DNA of 64,000 nt from Macrostomum lignano (GCA_002269645.1 NIVC01002012.1:1-64000), one strand, 5' to 3'; positions 10,296-24,234 are shown, numbered from the stretch's first letter. A program made the numbers and translations. The notes: generated by a model from the letters alone, not told the origin.

Positions 10296-11711
10296 GGTGC
10301 GGCCATAAATCAATCAAAATCGCAACAAAATGATTTATGACTATTCGCGTAGAATTGACAAAAATTAATGAATAATGAAAAATTAATGAAATATACATTA
10401 GAAAGCTCTTATTAAATAGAAAGTGAAGATAATGAAGAGAAATCACTAATCGCTAATCCCAAATTACTTTTAGGGGTAAAACGCATAGCAGTCAAAGCTG
10501 TCACACGCTTGAGTGAACACGAACAATAGGCTCTGACCTCATAAATCTTGATGGCCTGTCAAAATGATGAGAAAAAAGCTACCGCCCGCATCCTCTCAGA
10601 CCATCTGGCGCCCGCCTCAACACTGAGTGTCGAGGCGCAGGTGGCTGTCAGACCAGCTTCAAAAGCGATGATTTATGACCCAAAAAGCTGCGCCTATGTT
10701 ATTATGACTACTAGTATGACCAAGCATTATATCTAGTATAGATTCTATGACAATTCGCAGAAAAAGAATAAAAATGCCCATTTCCCACTGTTAGTAGGCT
10801 AGTAATAAGTTTAGAGCCAATGTGCTAGCGCGGCCAGGATTTGGAAAAAAGTGCGTCCTCATCACAAGCGTTCTAGGCAATTCGGATACAGCAGGTCGGG
10901 AGGCTTCGCCCATTCCGCTAACCCGGCCTGGCCCCCTGGGACCCCATTGGATCGGGACTGCAGGTCACGTACATGTACTGGGATTGGCGCAATGCACTGT
11001 CTCACGCGTTTATTCTACATACATGCTGATGTCATACTACAAATCCCATAATGTACACATTGTACAGTAAGACTGATGTACACTGTAGTCAACTGCATTT
11101 ATGGTCGATCCTGTAGTCAACATACATGAACATGTATGCTAATATACATGTGATGCAACTCCTCGAAATATACTCCAAGGTTGACAATTTTCAACGTGCT
11201 GATAATACAGTCTACGTGGCGGCTGCATTTGACGTTGATCTCACATGTATAGAAGTTGCTTAAATTAAAAATAGGTAAAATATTTTGTGAAATTTTAACT
11301 CAATAGAAAAAGTTGACTAACTTTGTTTTATCTTTACCTTATTCTATGAAACAAAAATTTAAAACTTTAAAAGAATCGTCACACAATTTTGAAATTTCGA
11401 AATCATCAAGAAGTTGATTCATCAAGTGAAAATTACAGGACGACCGATAAACGTCTCGATTATAAAAGCTTGACTACATATTGAATTGAGGAACTTCAAA
11501 ACTGTTACAGCTATGTGTGCATCTAGAAAATAATAGTCTGAAAACAGCATCTTCCTTTAATAATAAATTTAAAAAAAGTTGATGGTATTATTGTTGTTGA
11601 CTGTCAGCAACTGACCCCTGGCCCTACCTTAACCTGTGCGCGACGTTCAGTACAATGTTACTGATGACTATTCTTACAGAAGGTTTCGTTTGCATCAAAA
11701 GTCGTATGCTA

Positions 11712-11816
11712 ATGAAATTTAGTGTTTTAATAATCGTGTCTGCTATTTCTCTGCTTACTTTGTGCAGAGACTGCGAGTGTATTGATGTAAATAATCCGCT
11801 AGAATGTTTTAAATTG
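11712..11816 (+). CDS. ERO1: Probable ERO1 exon 1 (signal peptide)
   Basis: MKFSVLIIVSAISLLTLCRDCECIDVNNPLECFKL followed by a phase-0 donor GTAAGC at 11817. It joins in frame to LNGPVDDCAC at 16889, resembling the CFCxxxGxxDDCxC start of Ero1. Confidence 0.55.
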
Positions 11817-12650
11817 GTAAGCAAAAATGTCTGCTGTATTTTTTCTGTTTATTAAACTTAGACCTAATCACTTGATCTAGAACTTAATCATATTAGTGTA
11901 TAATGTATAATATTAGAAAGAAACTAGCATTAGCTTTAACTTTGTTTATTTGCACTTAATATAAAGCCAAAGGATAGAATATTTATATAGTACAATTAGG
12001 CAAATAATTATATATTTTACTAGGCCTATATTGTTTTTACAATGCAAATTTTCATGTACTACTTTTACTAAGTCTTGTACCTCGATCTCGATGGTATTTT
12101 ATAGTTTTATTACAAATTTAATTTTCAATAAAAATCATTGTCAAGAAGGTAATTGTATATGCCAAAATAAATCCCTCTGGTTTTTTCCCTTATATACTAT
12201 GTTCCAAAACAATTTTATTTCTTATGTCCTATGCCAGTACTTAAGGCTATAGTATTATAGGCCTATCTTAAAAATAAAGTTTAAAATAGTGTTCCACTAT
12301 AGCTGTAGCTATGGCTATGGGATCCTATAGCAAATATGGTGAATAGATGCCTACAGCAGCTACAGATATGCCTATGATAACTAGTTGCTCTTATGGCTAC
12401 GACTACAGAAATATGATAGGGGCCTAGTTGTTGTCACATTCCATAGATTCCTATAGCTATAGTTATTATATTAAAAAATTGGAAAAATACTAGAAACAGG
12501 TGGAGTAAAACAAAGATAATTTAGTAAACTGTATTATCAACTTAGAAACTTATAGAATATACCTTATAAAGTACAATAAAACAAGCAAACTCTAATTTGC
12601 TCTAATTTTTTCATTAATGTGAAAAAAGTTTAGCATTAGTACTTTCAATA

Positions 12651-13178
12651 GAGTGAATTTTGTCTGTGGAAAAGTAGCCCAATTTCTTGAAATCTTCATT
12701 TCATGCTTTGATTGTTGTCAGAGATGCTACATGACAACAAACAGCCAATGTAATGTACAAAGTCCTATCAAGCCAACAACTGATTGCCTGCATTGTATAC
12801 AGCAGGAGCAGCAGGAAAATCTGCAACAAGCTTTTGCTGCATTTCTTTGAGGGTCACAGTCGGCTTCTCTTCCACATACCTCGTCAACACCCCGAGCATC
12901 TCCTCAGAAAACTTTGGTCTCACAGTCACTACACCGCCATGTGTGTTAAGATTGATCCTACCCTCATCAACATATTTCCTGATGATATCACTGGCAGTTG
13001 TCCTCTTGATATCCACTTCAATTGCGAGTTGTCTCCAGTCTCATCCTTGTTGAAAACATCGCACGAGTCTAGAGTGATCCACAGACAAAATTCTCATGTA
13101 GGGCATCTCTGACAACAATCAAAGCATTAAATGAAGATTTCAAGACATTGGGCTACTTTTCCAGACAAAAATCACTTA
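12651..13178 (-). mobile_element. Decayed IS630/Tc1/mariner-type transposase N-terminal (HTH) fragment between about 85-bp inverted repeats
   Basis: The minus strand reads MRILSVDHSRLVRCFQQG*DWRQLAIEVDIKRTTASDIIRKY...KFSEEMLGVLTRYVEEKPTVTLKEMQQKL (paired-HTH-like). 12651-12734 is the reverse complement of 13094-13178. No DDE/D domain. Confidence 0.7.
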
Positions 13179-13678
13179 CTTTCTTACTTAAATTTACCAT
13201 AGACAACTTCTTTTCTTACCATGGACAAAGCAAACACTTTTTCTGATCAAGCTGTATTTGCACAGACAAATTTCACTTACTTAGACGAATTTGAAGTCAC
13301 TTTCTAAAAATTTACCATAGACACTCATTCTCTTCCCCTTGAGCGCTATATAGTTTTGTAAATGCTGACGAATTTGAACTCACTTTTGACAAATCCGAAG
13401 TTTAAAAGGTATATTAAAAGTTATTGTATTTAAAACAACAAAACTTCTCAAAATGCAAATAATTATATTTTAAGGAAATCAATAAAATTCCTATAATTAT
13501 TGTTGATTAATATATTTATCTAACTATCCAATTTAGTACCAAATGCACCAAGTTTGCTCAAGAGATTTCCAATTTGTACTAAAAATTTTGTGAAATTTAA
13601 AGCTTTCTTAACTATTAATTAAAACTTAATTATTAAAGGTTTTTACATTTTGTGGGTGTTACAAGTATTTTTAGGTAT

Positions 13679-14696
13679 TGTTGTACCTGTGTTTGTCCTG
13701 CTGTCCAGCGCAGTGACTTGGGCTCTCCGTCTTCTCACTCGGAAGCCTTCTAAACTCTTAGTAGCGTAGGTAGTGCTGCCACCAGTTCCTTCAGGTCTTG
13801 GCCTTTGATGAGGTGAGCTTCCCGTCGGAACAAAATAACAAAGTCAACAAACTCAGCCCTAGGTGCAGATTTGCAGTTCAACGTACAAGGCATCTCGTCA
13901 GCAGCACCTGCCAGGCTTGGTTGGTACAGGGAGGGCTGAGTTAGCCTCTCGAAGGCTTGGGGTGTGCTTTAGTAGAGTCTCAGACAGACCAATTAGAAGA
14001 GAACTTAACGCACACAGAAGGGCTGACACTCAGCCTCAGACTTAAAAACTGGGAACTCAGGATTGCAGAAAACTGGAAGCTCTTAACTTGCAGTCTCGAG
14101 AAGATGACTCCTTGACGGAAACAAGGGGGAGAGGGCTCCTATTTATAGCCAGGAAACACCCACACACAAGACCTCGTGACTCATTCTATTTTTAGAACTG
14201 ACGTCACTTGAGAGTCTTGGGCAGGGTACAAGCGTGCGGAAGACCTCGTGACTCGTTCTATTTTTAGAACTGACGTCACTTGAGGGTCCCCCGGCAGAGT
14301 GCACATAGCTGTGACTCAGTTGCTATCTTTAGCAACATGAGTCACTCCTCTCCTTAGAGAAGGGAGGAGACTGAAAGCATGTGACTCACCCGGTAAACAG
14401 GGCCAATGAGTGCAGTAAACATGTTTTACTGCACTTTGGGACTCAAAGAACGCAAGAGCTGTCATGTGACTGGCTCATAAGACAGGGAAAACAGGACGGA
14501 AACAAAACAGAGACAGCCCACAGCTAAGAGGCTGAGGGCTGAGAACAGAGACGCAACCGGGCAACAAAGGGGACAGGCGACAACAGGCAGACAAAAGGGG
14601 GTGGGAAGCTGACCAGCGGCAGACAGCAACCCAGGGCGAAGGCGAGGGAACAGTTGACAAGGGCGACGCCTAACCATAAACTAGCGGCTCACTACA
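13679..14696 (-). mobile_element. Solo LTR (1018 bp), TGT...ACA termini, 4-bp TSD GTAT
   Basis: GTAT at 13675-13678 and 14697-14700 flanks TGTTGT...CTACA. Minus-strand TATAAATAG near 14140. A roughly 50-bp duplicated enhancer-like block (14168-14217, 14240-14287) carries TGACGTCA and TGACTC sites. A 4-bp TSD is typical of many Ty3/Gypsy elements. Confidence 0.8.
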
Positions 14697-15039
14697 GTAT
14701 TATAAAACTATAAAATTATTATAAAACTATATATGTATAAGTATGCTATAAATAAACTAGGTAACATAGGCAATATGGTAACTTGGAATTCATACGTCCC
14801 CAAGATTGTAGATTCAAGCAACAGATATTTGATAGTTGTGTTGATAGTTTTATTGATATGATTTTCATATGATTTTTAATGCCATATGCATGTGTACTAG
14901 CATTAATAGGTGTTAAGGTTAAGATAAATGTGGTCTTAGCAATTCTTATGCAATAAATAAATGTTAATGGGTGACAGCTTAAACTGTTGCTATGATTCTT
15001 TATTTTCTTACTATATGATACGGTAAAAGATAATTCCAT

Positions 15040-16800
15040 AAGCTAAATTTTAGTGCCATTGGAGGCTAGATTTTAGTGCCATTAGAGGCTAGATTTTTAG
15101 CGCCATTGGAGAGTAGATTTTAGTGCCATAAGAGGCTAGATTTTAGCGCCATTGGAGGCTAGATTTTAGTGCTATTAGAGGCTAGATTTTTAGCGCCATT
15201 GGAGAGTAGATTTTAGTGCCATTGGAGGCTAGATTTTTAGCGCCATTGGAGAGTAGATTTTAGTGCCATTGGAGGCTAGATTTTTAGCGCCATTGGAGAG
15301 TAGATTTTAGTGCCATTAGAGGCTAGATTTTAGCGCCACTGGAGAGTAGATTTTAGTGTCATTAGAGGCTAGATTTTTAGCGCCATTGGAGAGTAGATTT
15401 TAGTGCCATTGGAGGCTAGATTTTAGTGCCATTGGAGGCTAGATTTTTAGCGCCATTGGAGAGTAGATTTTAGTGCCATTGGAGGCTAGATTTTTAGCGC
15501 CATTGGAGAGTAGATTTTAGTGCCATTAGAGGCTAGATTTTAGCGCCACTGGAGAGTAGATTTTAGTGCCATTAGAGGCTAGATTTTAGCGCCACTGGAG
15601 AGTAGATTTTAGTGCCATTAGAGGCTAGATTTTTAGCGCCATTGGAGAGTAGATTTTAGTGCCATTGGAGAGTAGATTTTAGTGCCATTAGAGGCTAGAT
15701 TTTAGCGCCACTGGAGAGTAGATTTTAGTGCCATTGGAGAGTAGATTTTAGTGCCATTAGAGGCTAGATTTTAGCGCCACTGGAGAGTAGATTTTAGTGC
15801 CATTGGAGAGTAGATTTTAGTGCCATTAGAGGCTAGATTTTAGCGCCACTGGAGAGTAGATTTTAGTGCCATTAGAGGCTGGATTTTTAGCGCCATTGGA
15901 GAGTAGATTTTAGTGCCATTGGAGGCTAGATTTTAGTGCCATTGGAGGCTAGATTTTAGTGCCATTGGAGGCTAGATTTCAGCACCGTTGGAGGCTAGAT
16001 TTTAGCGCCATTAGAGGCTAGATTTCAGCGCCATTGGAGGCTAGATTTCAGCGCCATTGGAGGCTAGATTTCAGCGCCATTGGAGGCTAGATTTCAGCGC
16101 CATTAGAGGCTAGATTACAGCGACAATAGAGGCTAGATTTCAGCCCCATTGGAGGCTAGATTTCAGCGCCATTGGAGGCTAGATTTCAGCCCCATTGGAG
16201 GCTAGATTTCAGCCCCATTGGAGGCTAATTTTCAGCCCCATTGGAGGCTAGATTTCAGCCCCATTGGAGGCTAGATTTCAGCCCCATTGGAGGCTAGATT
16301 TCAGCGCCATTAGAGGCTAGATTACAGCGACATTAGAGGCTAGATTACAGCGACATTGGAGGCTAGATTTCAGCGCCATTGGAGGCTAGATTTCAGCGCC
16401 ATTGGAGGCTAGATTTCAGCCCCATTGGAGGCTAGATTTCAGCCCCATTGGAGGCTAGATTTCAGCGCCATTGGAGGCTAGATTTTAGCGCCGTTGGAGG
16501 CTAGATTTCAGCGCCATTGGAGGCTAGATTTTAGCTCCATTGAAGGCTAGATTTTAGCCCCTTTAAAGAATAGACTTGAGCGTCATTGGAGGCTAGATTC
16601 TTGCGCCACTAAGGGCTAGATTTTAGCGCCAATAAAGGCTTTAGCGCAAATGAAGGCTAGATTTCAGCGCCATTGGAGGCTAGATTTCAGCACCATTGAA
16701 GACTAGATATCAGCGCCATTGGAGGCTAGATTTCAGCACCATTGAAGACTAGATATCAGCGCCATTGGAGGCTAGATTTCAGCGCCATTAGAGTCTAGAT
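15040..16800. repeat. 23-24-bp minisatellite (agattttagtgccattggaggct)n in ERO1 intron 1
   Basis: 23-bp period measured at 15905/15928. Variant blocks grade along the array. Confidence 0.97.
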
Positions 16801-16888
16801 ATTAGTTTTTTAACTCATGTTCCTACTATCACCCTATATATTGACAATTGTAATGGAGATTATAACTTCCCGCAATTCCCCAATGTAG

Positions 16889-19800
16889 CTAAACGGCCCG
16901 GTGGACGATTGCGCATGCGAGCTGAAATCCGTAGCAGAATTCAACAATCGCATTCTCTATCCTCGCCTACAAGCCCTACTAAAACGCAATTATTTTCGTT
17001 ACGTTCGCGTCAATTTAAAAGCCCAATGCCCGTTTTGGGAGGCCAACTGGCTCTGCGCTATGCGACATTGTCACGTTGATGGCTGTCAGAATGACGAAGT
17101 ACCGCCTGGGATGCGGGATGTCAAATCCATGTCTGATGATGCCGCTAACTGCCCCAGCTCCCAGTCAGCTGGCGACCAGGTGCCCGCTGGGTCAGACAGC
17201 AACCTGGGCGAGCTGGATGAGACCTTGTCGCCAACCAGTCAGGCAGCATTTGTCAAATGGTCAGATCACGACGATTCTTTGTTGCAATTCTGCGAATGGG
17301 ATGACGATATCGGCAATTCTTCGCAGTACGTTGATCTGCTGCGCAATCCGGAACGGTACACCGGTTACAGGGGCGAGGCTGCTCACAAAATCTGGCGCAG
17401 CATCTATGAGGAGAATTGCTTCAATGATCCGGCTAGCGCCCTGCTGCCCGGCGGAGCGCAGATGAGAACTGTTGGTTAGTTTATTGTAAATGGTGCTCTG
17501 ATAACGCATTTGTTTGCTGTTGAACTTGTTTGCTCACCTGTGTGAGGCTTTTCAATTCTCTACTCTTTTCTCACCCTCCCCAACCCACTTTAAAGTATGC
17601 TAGCTTCCTCTGCTTTATCCTCCCCCGCTTTACCCTCTCGCCCGCTTTACCCTCTCCCCCGCTTTACCCTCTCCCCGCTTTACCCTCTCCCCAGCTTTAC
17701 CCTCTTCTCCGTTTTTTTTCTCCCCCACTTTTCCCTCTCCCCCGCTTTACCCTCTACCTGTATTTTACCCTCTACCTGTTTTACGTTCTCCCCAGCTTTA
17801 CCCTCTCCCCTGCTTTACCCTCTCCCCCGCTTTACCCTCTCTTCCCAGCTTTACCTTCTCCCCCGCTTTAACCTCTCCCCCGCTTTACCCTCTCGGCCAT
17901 TTTACCCTCTCCTCCGCTGTTATACTAATAGCCACTCCTTTTTTCTCTCCTCACTCCCTTGTCCCCTTAACATTCTCTTGCCAGTTTTTCTTCCCTATTT
18001 TTTAATCAAATTCTCTTTCCAGATCCCAACCTCCCAGTCCCAGTTGTATCAATGTGTGTGTGTATTGATCCCTACAATTTGCGTGAACAAGCACCACCTA
18101 TGCAATAATTTATGAGTACGGCAGTTATTGCACTGCTCTGAGTTTTCAACTAATATTTGACTATTTTATGCTATTCCGGTTGCGCCGTGTTGTTGCAGGA
18201 CTGGCTGGGGACGCCGACGGTAAATGCAGTTTGGATCCAAACCAAAATATGCGCATATGTTTATAATTACAACCCCCCCTCACCCGAAACTATGAGCCAC
18301 ATTCCATTCGTGTTTTTTATAATTGTTTTCCAATAGTTTTGTTGCCGAGTTGTGTGTGAGTGTGTGTTTCGGTTAATTGATTTTTTGTCTTCTGGGGTTA
18401 ACTGCTTTTCTAAGGAGTAGTAAGTTCCGAATCCTGAATTATTTCAAAAATTTTTTTGAATATTTGTTTAATTCAATTTCAGTTAATCAGCTTTTGAGAC
18501 CACTGAAAATGAGTAAGGAATTGAAGTTAAAATACTGTTTTAATATTTCGATTAATACAAAGCATTTATTTATATAAACGCTAACAGGTGTGTGACGCCA
18601 TAAATAAAGTCTGCTATATAAATGCTTAGAAAAAAACTTGGATTGGGTTTTATTCTTAATAATAATTATGAGTTAGAGTATGCAATATCTTCAAGTAAGT
18701 AAGAAATGCTATAGTACGCTTATAGTACCTTTGACAGCTGGTAATTATTAGCGGTGATTCTTATAAAAATTTAGAAACTCTTAGCAGTTTATTTGTTTCA
18801 ATTTACAATCGCTGAAATTATTCTCAAATGATCGTTAGTCCTTAGTGGTATTGCTGATCACAAAAATGATTATGCTTATTTTTACAAAATTAGTTCCGTC
18901 TTTGTTCAAGTACAGGTCGAAGCATGGTACATGGTATTGAGTTTTCACTTCAGAGGATCTGATGGGAATCAGGGATTCAGGGATAGATGAGGGATATTCA
19001 TGGGTAGATGAGGGATACTAATGGGATCTACAGATGAGGGAGATTCTTTGGTGGATGAGGGGGTTTTATGGAGTAGATAAGGGAGAATCATGGGTAGATA
19101 AGGGAGATTCATGGGGTAGATGAGGGAGATTCATGGGGTAGATGAGGGAGATTCATGGGGTAGATGAGGGAGATCATGGGTAGATGAGTGAGTTTCTTTG
19201 GTGGTGGAGGGAGATTATTTGGTGGTGGAGGGAGATTCTTTGGTGGATGAGGGAGATTCTTTAATGGATGAAGGAGATTATTTGTTGGATGAGGGAGATT
19301 CATGGGTAGATTAGAGTTTCTTGGTTAGATTGGAGTTTCTTCAGTAGATTAGTGAGTTTCTTGGGTAGATTAGTGAGTTTCTTGGGTAGATTAGTGAGTT
19401 TCTTGGGTAGATTAGGAAGGTTTATGGGGTAGATGAGGGAGATTCATGGGTAGATTAGGAAGGTTTATGGGGTAGATGAGGGAGATTCATGGGTAGGTGA
19501 ACATTTTCTTGATAAACTTTCGCGAATAATCAGCAATAATGTTTGGTGATCCGTTGTTCTTAATTGCTAAACTGTCTGGTATATTTTGTTATACACATAA
19601 GCTTGTTACTCAGGCAGACTTGCATTCGCACCCCTTTCAAACTAACAGCCCAGAGCCAGTGCCTGGAGATCCGAGTCTACCACCGATTGATCTCAGGCCT
19701 GCACACCAGCATCAACACGCACCTGTCGCACAAGTACCTGCTGCTCGGGCCTCAGGACCGCCTGATGGGCACCCAGAACTGGGGTCCGAATGTTACCGAA

Positions 19801-20346
19801 TTCCTAGTTCGATTCCATCCGGAGTTCGAGCCCCAGGGCCCGGTCAGGCTGAAGAATCTGCATTTCACATTCCTAGCCGAGCTGAGAGCTCTGGCTAAAG
19901 CTGCTCCGGTGCTGAGGAGGGCCAAGTTCTTCACTGGCAGCGAGTCTGATGACGCTGAAGTGGCCCAGCTAGTGAGCGACATTCTCGACCAGGTCGAACA
20001 GTTCCCGGATCATTTTGACGAGTCGCAGCTGTTTCGCGAACGCGACAAGATCCGATTGAAATCGGAGATCAGGGAGAAGTTCTTCAACATCACCCGGATT
20101 ATGGACTGCGTTGGATGCGACAAGTGCCGGCTGTGGGGCAAGGTGCAGACTGCCGGGTTGGGCACCGCGCTCAAGGTGCTGTTCAGCCCCAACCTGCCGC
20201 AGTACCTGCGCAGGCACGAGATTGTGACTCTGTTCAACGCGTTGGGCCGCCTGTCTGAGAGCATCTACTCGCTTGAAGAGTTCAAAGGCCTGCTCAGCAG
20301 CAACGGATGGGCTGCGAGTGGCAGGGGGTTTCGGGTTGATCTGTGA
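16889..20346 (+). CDS. ERO1: ER oxidoreductin 1, exons 16889..17474 and 19649..20346
   Basis: DDCAC, YFRYVRVNL, CPFW, shuttle CAMRHC, DLLRNPERYTGY, WRSIYEENCF, RLISGLHTSIN, IMDCVGCDKCRLWGK (CxxCxxC), C-terminal RVDL. Phase-1 intron 17475 (GTTAGT) to 19648 (ctaacAG). Confidence 0.95.
17625..17910. repeat. About 17-18-bp pyrimidine-rich tandem repeat (gctttaccctctccccc)n, ERO1 intron 2
   Basis: Direct reading. Confidence 0.9.
18960..19500. repeat. About 22-bp degenerate tandem repeat (atggggtagatgagggagattc)n, ERO1 intron 2
   Basis: Direct reading. Confidence 0.88.
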
Positions 20347-20409
20347 TTTGCTGTGAGCTTTGGCTAGTTGACGGTTAAGTTTCAACTATATATCTACTGG
20401 CGTCCCAGT

Positions 20410-21575
20410 CCTGAAATCCCAATACGTAACACTGAATTCCCAATCCATAACAGTGAAATCCCAATCTGTAACAGTGAAATCCCAAACCATAACACTCAAA
20501 TCCCAATGCATAACACTGAATTCCCAATCGATAACATAACAGTGAAATCCCAATCTGTAACAGTGAAATCCTAATCTATAACAGTGAAATCCCAATCTGT
20601 AACAGTGAAATCCCAATCTGTAACAGTGAAATCCTAATCTGTAACAGTGAAATCCTAATCTATAACAGTGAAATCCCAATCTGTAACAGTGAAATCCCAA
20701 TCCATAACAGTGAAATACCAATCTATAACAGTAAAATCCTAATCTATAACAGTGAAATCCCAATCTGTAACAGTGAAATCCCAATCCATAACACTCAAAT
20801 GCCAATGCATAACACTGAAATCCCAATCCATAACACTCAGATCCCAATGCATAACACTGAAATCCCAATCCATAACACTCAGATCCCAATGCATAACACT
20901 GAAATCCCAATCCATAACACTCAGATCCCAATGCATAACACTGAAATCCCAATCCATAACACTCAGATCCCAATGCATAACACTGAAATCCCAATCCATA
21001 ACACTCAAATCCCAATATATAGCACTGAAATCCCAATCCAAAACACTCAAATCCCAATCCATAACACTGAAATGCCAATCCAAAACACTCAAATCCCAAT
21101 CCATAACACTGAAATCCCAATCCATAACACTCAAATCCCAATCCATAACACTCAAATCCCAATCCATAACACTCAAATCCCAATCCATAACACTCAAATC
21201 CCAATCCATAACACTCAAATCCCAATCCATAACACTCAAATCCCAATCCATAACACTCAAATCCCAATCCATAACACTCAAATCCCAATCCATAACACTC
21301 AAATCCCAATCCATAACACTCAAATCCCAATCCATAACACTCAAATCCCAATCCATAACACTCAAATCCCAATCCATAACACTCAAATCCCAATCCATAA
21401 CACTCAAATCCCAATCCATAACACTCAAATCCCAATCCATAACACTCAAATCCCAATCCATAACACTCAAATCCCAATCCATAACACTCAAATCCCAATC
21501 CATAACACTCAAATCCCAATCCATAACACTCAAATCCCAATCCATAACACTCAAATCCCAATCCATAACACTGAA
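20410..21575. repeat. 21-bp minisatellite (ccaatccataacactcaaatc)n directly 3' of ERO1
   Basis: Direct reading. It produces the spurious 7-aa-periodic ORFs on both strands. Confidence 0.97.
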
Positions 21576-22239
21576 TTCCAAAGTATCCTATATTATTTCC
21601 AATCACAAGCGTGTCAATAGATAAAAATAGTAAACTCTTTATTTCCATTTTATTGGGAACCACAAGGATTTTATTTCAATGGCCAGGTATTCACAGGCTT
21701 ATAGCTTCTGTACAGCTGATGCTGGCAATTTACAGGCACCACAGAGAGCGTGTACTTTTGAGAGACGCTTTTAAGAGTTAATTTACCTGATATTAATTGT
21801 TGATCTATTGATCAATTCTGATTTTCTAGCAATAGAAAATGTTTATTATTACACTGTAAAAGCGCGTACTGTCTTTAAGTCCTCTGCGCTTATACCTGTG
21901 CGGTAACAAAATTTATTTCGCTTTTATTAGTGCACCTGCGTAAAACATACTACTGCCTGCTCGGAATATTAGTAGTAGTATTTAAGCTTTTGAATGTCAA
22001 TTAAAAAGCGACACGTTTTAAAAAATTAACACTTTTTTTTCATTTCCATTCGGTGAATTTGCGCCAGCGCGTTCAATTTGTTGATTTATTATTAGAGTCT
22101 GCACTCTTGCATTCTGATTTTGCAGTTTAATGTCATCCTTTTTGTTAATTAATGTCTCTTAAATTTTTCTCTTAATGTTGTGTACAATCTGATAAATATT
22201 TTTACTCGTGTCGTTGCATGAACTGAGGTGTGGTTACTA

Positions 22240-22390
22240 CGAGTTCAGGTGTGCGATGTGTGGGATCTAAGGTGTGGCAAGTACGGGGTCTTATGTGCGG
22301 TAAGTTCGGGATCTGAGGTGTGGTAAGTGTGGGATCTGAGGAGTGGTAAGTGTGAGATCTGATGTGTGGTAAATGTGGGATCTGAGGTCT
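22240..22390. repeat. Short degenerate tandem repeat, about 22-23 bp (gtgtggtaagtgtgggatctgag)
   Basis: About 6 imperfect units. Confidence 0.75.
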
Positions 22391-24234
22391 TCTAAAAGGT
22401 AGTAAATTAAAATTTGTGTTATTGGTTTCACAATTTCCATAATTAGTTTATTTATTTTTTCTACAGTCTGAGATGCAGAATAAGCAGCATTGTGGTGCGC
22501 TTCAATTTCCGGCTGTCCTCAACCACTATTCAGTTATCTTACAGTGATGTAATTCGTCACATTATACGTTCATGTACTGCAGATTACTTCTTTTGCCTGC
22601 ATAGATAAAATGCTTTAACAGAAGTTAATAGGTTGAAGATTTTCTTGCTTGGTATCTATTTGTTTGCATATGCTATTACTTGCAGTAGTATAAATATTAA
22701 TATATAGTCTTCTTGTGTGCCAAAAGTAAGGAGTCGGCTTTTCTGTGTGTAATAATAGCTTTCTATGTCTGTTTTTTAGCACAATCGAATTCAATGCGTT
22801 GTGATGGATGCAATTGTTTTTCTTCCTGTTGTGTCCTCTTTTATGTTTCCAACTGTATTGGCAATACGTTATCCTGATATATTACTTTTAGTAACTAACT
22901 GCAGGCCTCAAGACTTACTGTGCGCTAATGAACTTTCCGTTATAAATATAATAACATGCTACTATTAACTTAAGTAGCTTATGCGCGTGTAACTGGTATT
23001 ATTTTCCGAAACAGTTGATTTCCAGTGTAGTGATAAAAAATTAATGGAAATTTCGGGCGCGTCAGGCAGTATATCAGTCGTGTGTTATTACTTTTTGTTG
23101 AGTTCTTTTTAAAACTTAATGCTATTAATAACTGCAGTTTTGAATTTTCAAAAGTACCGAGTCTTAAATTTGCTAATAAAACTTTAGCCTGTTCGCCGAT
23201 ATGTTTCGAAAAATACCTTGCTTTTAGCTTTCATGAAGTCAGTAGTTTGTCTGTGTGCCTGTGGTATAATTTTCAGAGGAAATGCAAAGAAAGACCTAAA
23301 AATTCTTAATAATATTATTTGAGATTTTTGCTATAGGGAAGTCTGTTATTTTTAGCTAAGCAAAAAATCGTGGTAAAAAGTAATTATTATTATTGATGCA
23401 TTAAATCTCGAAATTTTATATAGCTAGCTAATCTACAAAATTGAATTCATGTAGGAAAAATATGAAGCAGCAAATTAAATAAAGGTGCGTTTTGGGATAA
23501 AATCGGAGCCGAGAAGGGCACAGCAGCAGTGGCGGTAGTGGATGCTTAAAAAATAAAAACGACAGGCACTCAGTTATAAACAGGATAGCTAAAGTACATT
23601 GTTGATGAACTCTATATAGGTGTGAATTAAGACACGATATTTAAAAGAAGCAATTAGAAAATATTCAATTAATCATCAGCGATATAAGCAGTTAGAATTT
23701 GGCAGTAAAATACTATCAGTTACTTAAAGTAGCTTAAAATTGTTTTTAAATTTAAAGAAAGGGAAGAACGAAAAAATATTTTGGATAAACAGCAAAAGGA
23801 AAATTCTAATTTTAGCGACTAAATAAAGCAATGAATTAATTGATCTATTCAACTGGCAGTGGCAGGTAAGAACAGAGACTACTAGATACCTAAGCTCTAC
23901 ATTAAGCGATTAAAACTTAAAATGAAAGCTATCTAGCTAATACTGGCCAATAAATGGCATGGCTGCTACAAAAAAACCAACAAACCCGATAAAAATTCCA
24001 TAAAAAACTTTTAATGCTTCAACCATCAAATATATGTTGCTATAAAAGTTAATCAAGCCTAAAAATTCACTCGACACAATAATGATAAAGATAAAATTAA
24101 TCGAATCAATGAAATCTGTCAAACCTAGATAAAATCCCTTAACAATCAAGTTTCACTCCATATAATGGTCATTCTCAATGTCACTCCTTGAAAAAATCAC
24201 GAAATTTTACGCTTTCACTAAGTGTCACTCTATA

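Noticed and set aside
10870-10960. GC-rich structured segment as an HDV-like ribozyme or SRP-like RNA
   Set aside because: A GCTAA J4/2-like motif and partial P2/P3 pairing exist, but there is no room for P1' and P4. A covariance-model search would be needed.
20386-21663. Long ORFs (425, 280, 290 and 273 aa)
   Set aside because: Translations of a stop-free 21-bp tandem repeat, open on both strands, with no domain signal.
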